Below are positions 59,899 to 64,000 of a stretch of 64,000 nucleotides of DNA, one piece after another. Under the pieces are notes generated by a model. It did not search any database. It was given only the letters and a program-made list of their open reading frames with translations, and was not told where the DNA came from. The stretch's first letter is position 1, and each line of letters starts with the position of its first letter. The translations under genes and the position numbers were made by a program. This DNA is from the human T2T-CHM13v2.0 reference genome, Homo sapiens, in assembly GCF_009914755.1 (NCBI RefSeq), contig NC_060928.1. One strand, written 5' to 3'.

Positions 59899-62800
59899 CG
59901 GAGAGCCCCATAGCATTCTTGGGGCATTTGCAGAAAAGTGGCCCCCACTGAGGACTTGACAGGTGGCCCAGCTGGTGGGTCTTGTCTGGATGGTGGGACA
60001 GCAGAGGCAGGGAATCCGGACCTGCGGGCTGGCTGCAGTAAGGGGAGACCGAGGCGGCCGCTCAGGCAGCGTGAGGAAACCATTCCTTCAGCTCCCGCTC
60101 TCTATTCATAGCAAGTGCTACGGCTCCAGCAGAGGCCTGTTTTGGGGGTCATGACTGAAGTGACCAGAGCAATGTGAGGGACAAAGGGTGTGCCAGGGTG
60201 GCGTGGCTGGGCCTCTGGGAGCACGGGGGCCTGGAAGGAAGGGGGACTGGTGCCCAGCGCTCTGCTACACCTCCCTTTGTCCTGTAAGTCCTGTGTCCAT
60301 GGCCTCCTCAGCCCTGGAAGCTCCCAGGGCCCAAGGACGCAGGCCACGTGGTGGCCTCCAGGACCCGAGCCGCGCGCTTAACTTCTCGGGCTGGGTCCGG
60401 CGGGCTGCCCCGCCCCGGAACAAGCCCCAGCCCCACTGTCACCGTTGGGGGTGAGCTCGAGGTGGTGCCTCCCGGCTCCTGCTCATCCCCTCTGCCCCCA
60501 CCCCAGTCCCCTTCCAGAGCAGACTTCTGTCGACTGGCTGGTCAGAGCCACCAGGCTGTGTCCTGGCACAGGAGTTGTGCATGGGCGGGACTCTGGGTTC
60601 TCATGCCCTGGGGAGCGCCCGCGCCTGGGGCAGGGCTCCGTAGACTCCTTTGTCACCCCTCAGCTTCGCCGTGAGGGAAATGTCCTGCAAACACCAGCCC
60701 AGATGGAGGGAGCCACGGCTTCACCACTTCCTGCCGGTGTGCCGGGCTGCGCTCCAGGGACCGCTGGGGCCGTCACCAAAAGAACGGAGCCCAGGGAACG
60801 TGGAGAGGAGCCCAGATGCCTGAGGTGAGCAAGGCAGTGCCTCCGTCCAGCCTGGCATGTCCTTCTGGTTATTCGTGAGGCCACCACAGGGAGGGTCACC
60901 AACTGTCTGTTTTGCCTAGGACCGAGGGGGTTCCAGGGGTGCAGGACCTTTGATGCTTAGAGCCAGGAGAGGCCACTCGGCCACCCTAAGGGCAGGTCTT
61001 CTGCCCCAGGCCGCGTGTGGTTTCTTTCGACACACTGAGGAAGCCTTTCTCCTGAGATCACCAAATGCAGCCTGCCCGGTTTCTGTTCCCCATTACTGCG
61101 TATGCGGTGGGCAAACCTCCTCCGGCCCTGAAAGCTCCTGGCTGCCTGGGGATTTTCTGTGTGCTCCTACATAAAAAGCAGCTTCTGTCACTCAACTGGC
61201 AAATACAGTCTCAATTCAGAGTCAGTCCAAATCCATTACCCTAACCCTGAGATATTAATCCAAGCTCCATTCTTGGTTTAAAGCCAGCCCCTGTGGGCCC
61301 TGCTCCCCCGGCCTCCTGGGGTGGAAGCCTGTGCTGGGGGCTGCGGTGTGGGGTTTGCTCTCCTCCCTCCCGCAGGTGGATGCAGGGCGAGGGAGTGAGG
61401 AGGAATGAGGGTCAGGGGCAGGAAAGGCAGCCTGTGGCAGCCAGGCGGGGCCAGCGCTGCACACCGGGGAAAGGCTCAGCGGGAACGTGTTCCCAGCACT
61501 TTGTCTCCCCAGGCCTCAGTTTCTGCATCTGTAAACGGGCATGTGCAGGGTTGTGAGAGGGTCAGAGAGCCCCCGTCAGGCCCTTAGTGCGCTGCTAGGC
61601 ACCGAATGGGAGCCCGGTCAGCAGTGCCTGCGGGAGCCGACGCTGCTCCGGCAGGATTGAGTGGAATTCCGCCCAGGCCGGGAGCTCCCTCGGGCTGGGG
61701 AGGCCTCGGGGACCTGGCTATGATGGTGATCTGGGACTTGATGGGTGAATGGGTTGGGGCCAGCATCAGCTTTGGGCATATATTAGGGAGTTACTGAGGA
61801 AGACAGAGAAAAAGGGGCACCTAGTTCTTTTATAATCCTCCGGGAAAAGGTGAGCTCTGAGCGCTACCTGCTCACTGAACAGCGGAAGAGCGAGCAGCGC
61901 CCAGGCCCCGACGCTGTGCAGAGCCCCGGGAGGGCGGCGTTTGCGTGATTGTTCAAGGTGGACTCGAAGAGCAACATTTAAAACATTTCCGATGTCATTT
62001 TCTTGTTTTGAGGCGATGCTTTCTGATTTATTTCACGTTTATTTTCTGTAAAGGAAAACACCCTCCTAAACATACATTTTCTCAAGGCACATCACATGGT
62101 CTGAAAAAAAAAACAAAAAAAGGACATCTTCTCCAAATTGGTATTCCTCCAGCTGGAGCAGCTCTGTTGCTGCCAAGCTTCGGTTCTTTGACAAGAAGAG
62201 ACATTTCAAAGCCGGGTCCCACAGGAGGGGTTCACGCCACACACGTGGCCAAGCCCTTCCTGATTCCTGAACCTGCCCCTGCCCGCTGGCCTTTGGGACC
62301 TCCCCAGCCCCTGGCCCTGGCGGCCCGAGGAAGTTCTGTGTAGGAATAATATGGTCTACTTAATTAATGCATATTTTATTTGGTGACAACGTCCCTAATT
62401 GCCATGAGCTCTACTTAGTAACAATATGCTCTATTTAATTAACTTTGTGTATTCTGGTTAAAAACATTATGCTTCATTTAATTTATTTCATCTGCTCACT
62501 GATGGTGAATTCCACAACACGGGCACAGGAGGCTGCCCCACCTGGAAGGTAGTCCCGGGACAGAGCATTTCAGATGTGGCAGAGTGCAGGCAAGGGGCTG
62601 GCAGGCTCATTTGTCCCACGGGGCCTGGGTGGGGGCCCTCAGCTCCCACATCTCCCCCAAACTCACCGGGCCCCACACAAACCTGTCCCCTTAGCTCTGT
62701 TTGGGGGCACGCCAGCCCCTTCGCTCCATCCCTGCCCTGCTTCCCAGCGTCAGCGCCAGAGTCCCTCTGGGTCCTCCCCCTCCCATGGCCGAGCCGTCGA

Positions 62801-63958
62801 GAGACACCGTGGGCCCGTACCTGCTGGCCCTGAGCTCCCTGAGCCTGCGTGCTCGTTGCTCTGAGCGCACACAAGGATTCGATGGCAGATAAACTACTGC
62901 CGCATGGGGAGTGTGCGCAGACCCCCAAGAGTGATGGGCCCGGCGGGTGTGTGGGGTCTGGTGGGCGTGTGGGAGGGCTGGGGCTGGAGTGGGGACACTG
63001 GCTTCACAAAGGTTGTGACACAGAGCTGGGCCCTGACAGGAGGGGGGCAGCTGACAAGGGGGCCCCGTGGGTGTGGGCAGCATCCCCACTGGGCAGGAAG
63101 GGTGTGAGCCGCGCAGAGGCCTGCCGGACGCCTGGCCACCAGCACTCCCCTCTGGGCCTGGCTTCCTGGTGCAGCTCCTGAGGCACAGCTTCCCCCATGC
63201 TTTGGGGCCAGGAAAATACTCACTGGGGACATGCAGGCCCATGGGTGTCCCTTGAGGTGGACCTGGTCAAGCTCTGACGAACCCCAACTCTCTCGGGAGG
63301 ACAGATGGGGTTTGGGTTCCTCTGTTGCCTGGGTCGGCTCAGACCCTGACACAAGCAAGCCCCCAAAGTCTGGAGGTTCCTCCTTTCCGGGACGTATGGA
63401 CCCTGGCATGTTGCCACAGGCCCAGGGGAAGGCTAGGGAAACACCTGCTTAGAGGCTGACAGGGCATTCCAGGGCCTTCTGCAAAGGGATCCGGTCCCCG
63501 TGAAGGGACTCTGGGCCTTTGCACCGATTCCCACATGGAGACTGCATGAGGCATGTGGCTTGCTGGGGGCCTCAGGGGCCCCAGGTCCCAGCTCCCAGCT
63601 CTCCTTGTCTCTAATTATGGATGCCGTCAACCCTGAGTGAGCCGCCATCCCCCCACCCCTACGAGCCCCATTGGTGTAGCCCCTAGAGTGGGCTGACTCC
63701 AGCCTGGCTGCCCACTCTGCCTGCCATTCCCTGCCCAGGAAGTGCATCTACCTGCCTCTGCCATCAGGATCCTGTTGCCCTGCTGTGGGAGGGACCCAGT
63801 CCGAGGTCCCACCTCCCCCTATCAGCCTCCACCTGCTGAGGACACCCACAACCAGGTCCCCAAGTAAGGTGTGGGCCCCTCAGAGAACATTGTTTTACAT
63901 GTTTTCTTATTGGGGTAAAACACACATGACGTACAACTTACCAACTTAACCATCACAA

Positions 63959-64000
63959 TTTTTTTTTTTGGAGACAGGATCTCATTCTGTTGCCCAGGCT
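63959..64000 (-). mobile_element. Alu 3' end, truncated by the window
   Basis: T-tail plus GAGACAGGATCTCATTCTGTTGCCCAGGCT. Confidence 0.8.

Noticed and set aside
61236-61248. TACCCTAACCCTG telomere-like motif
   Set aside because: Fewer than two full units; expected by chance

Overview
Human (primate) genomic DNA from chromosome 4p16.3, recognised from its translated exons. It holds the last 11 coding exons of huntingtin (HTT exons 57-67, counted back from the stop codon at 14812-14814) and the roughly 3.9-kb HTT 3'UTR with tandem non-canonical poly(A) signals. Next is the complete MSANTD1 gene (3 coding exons, 278 aa, plus a candidate alternative in-frame 5' exon), then about 32 kb of repeat-rich intergenic DNA towards RGS12 (Alus, old L1, MaLR/ERVL LTRs, two hAT DNA-transposon fossils). 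All exon phases were checked by hand and join in frame. I found no evidence of a new protein-coding system; nearly all ORFs in the track are spurious. The best leads are regulatory: (i) the final HTT intron is U12-type, and its retention would give a short alternative C-terminus with no downstream exon junction; (ii) a U2-type polypyrimidine/AG element sits just upstream of the weak proximal HTT poly(A) signal; (iii) a 19-copy 34-bp VNTR carries REST half-site-like motifs; (iv) HTT intron 58 has an in-frame cryptic acceptor; (v) the MSANTD1 promoter has an RFX X-box/CRE module; (vi) a candidate MSANTD1 5' exon chain starts only about 0.5 kb after the HTT 3' end.
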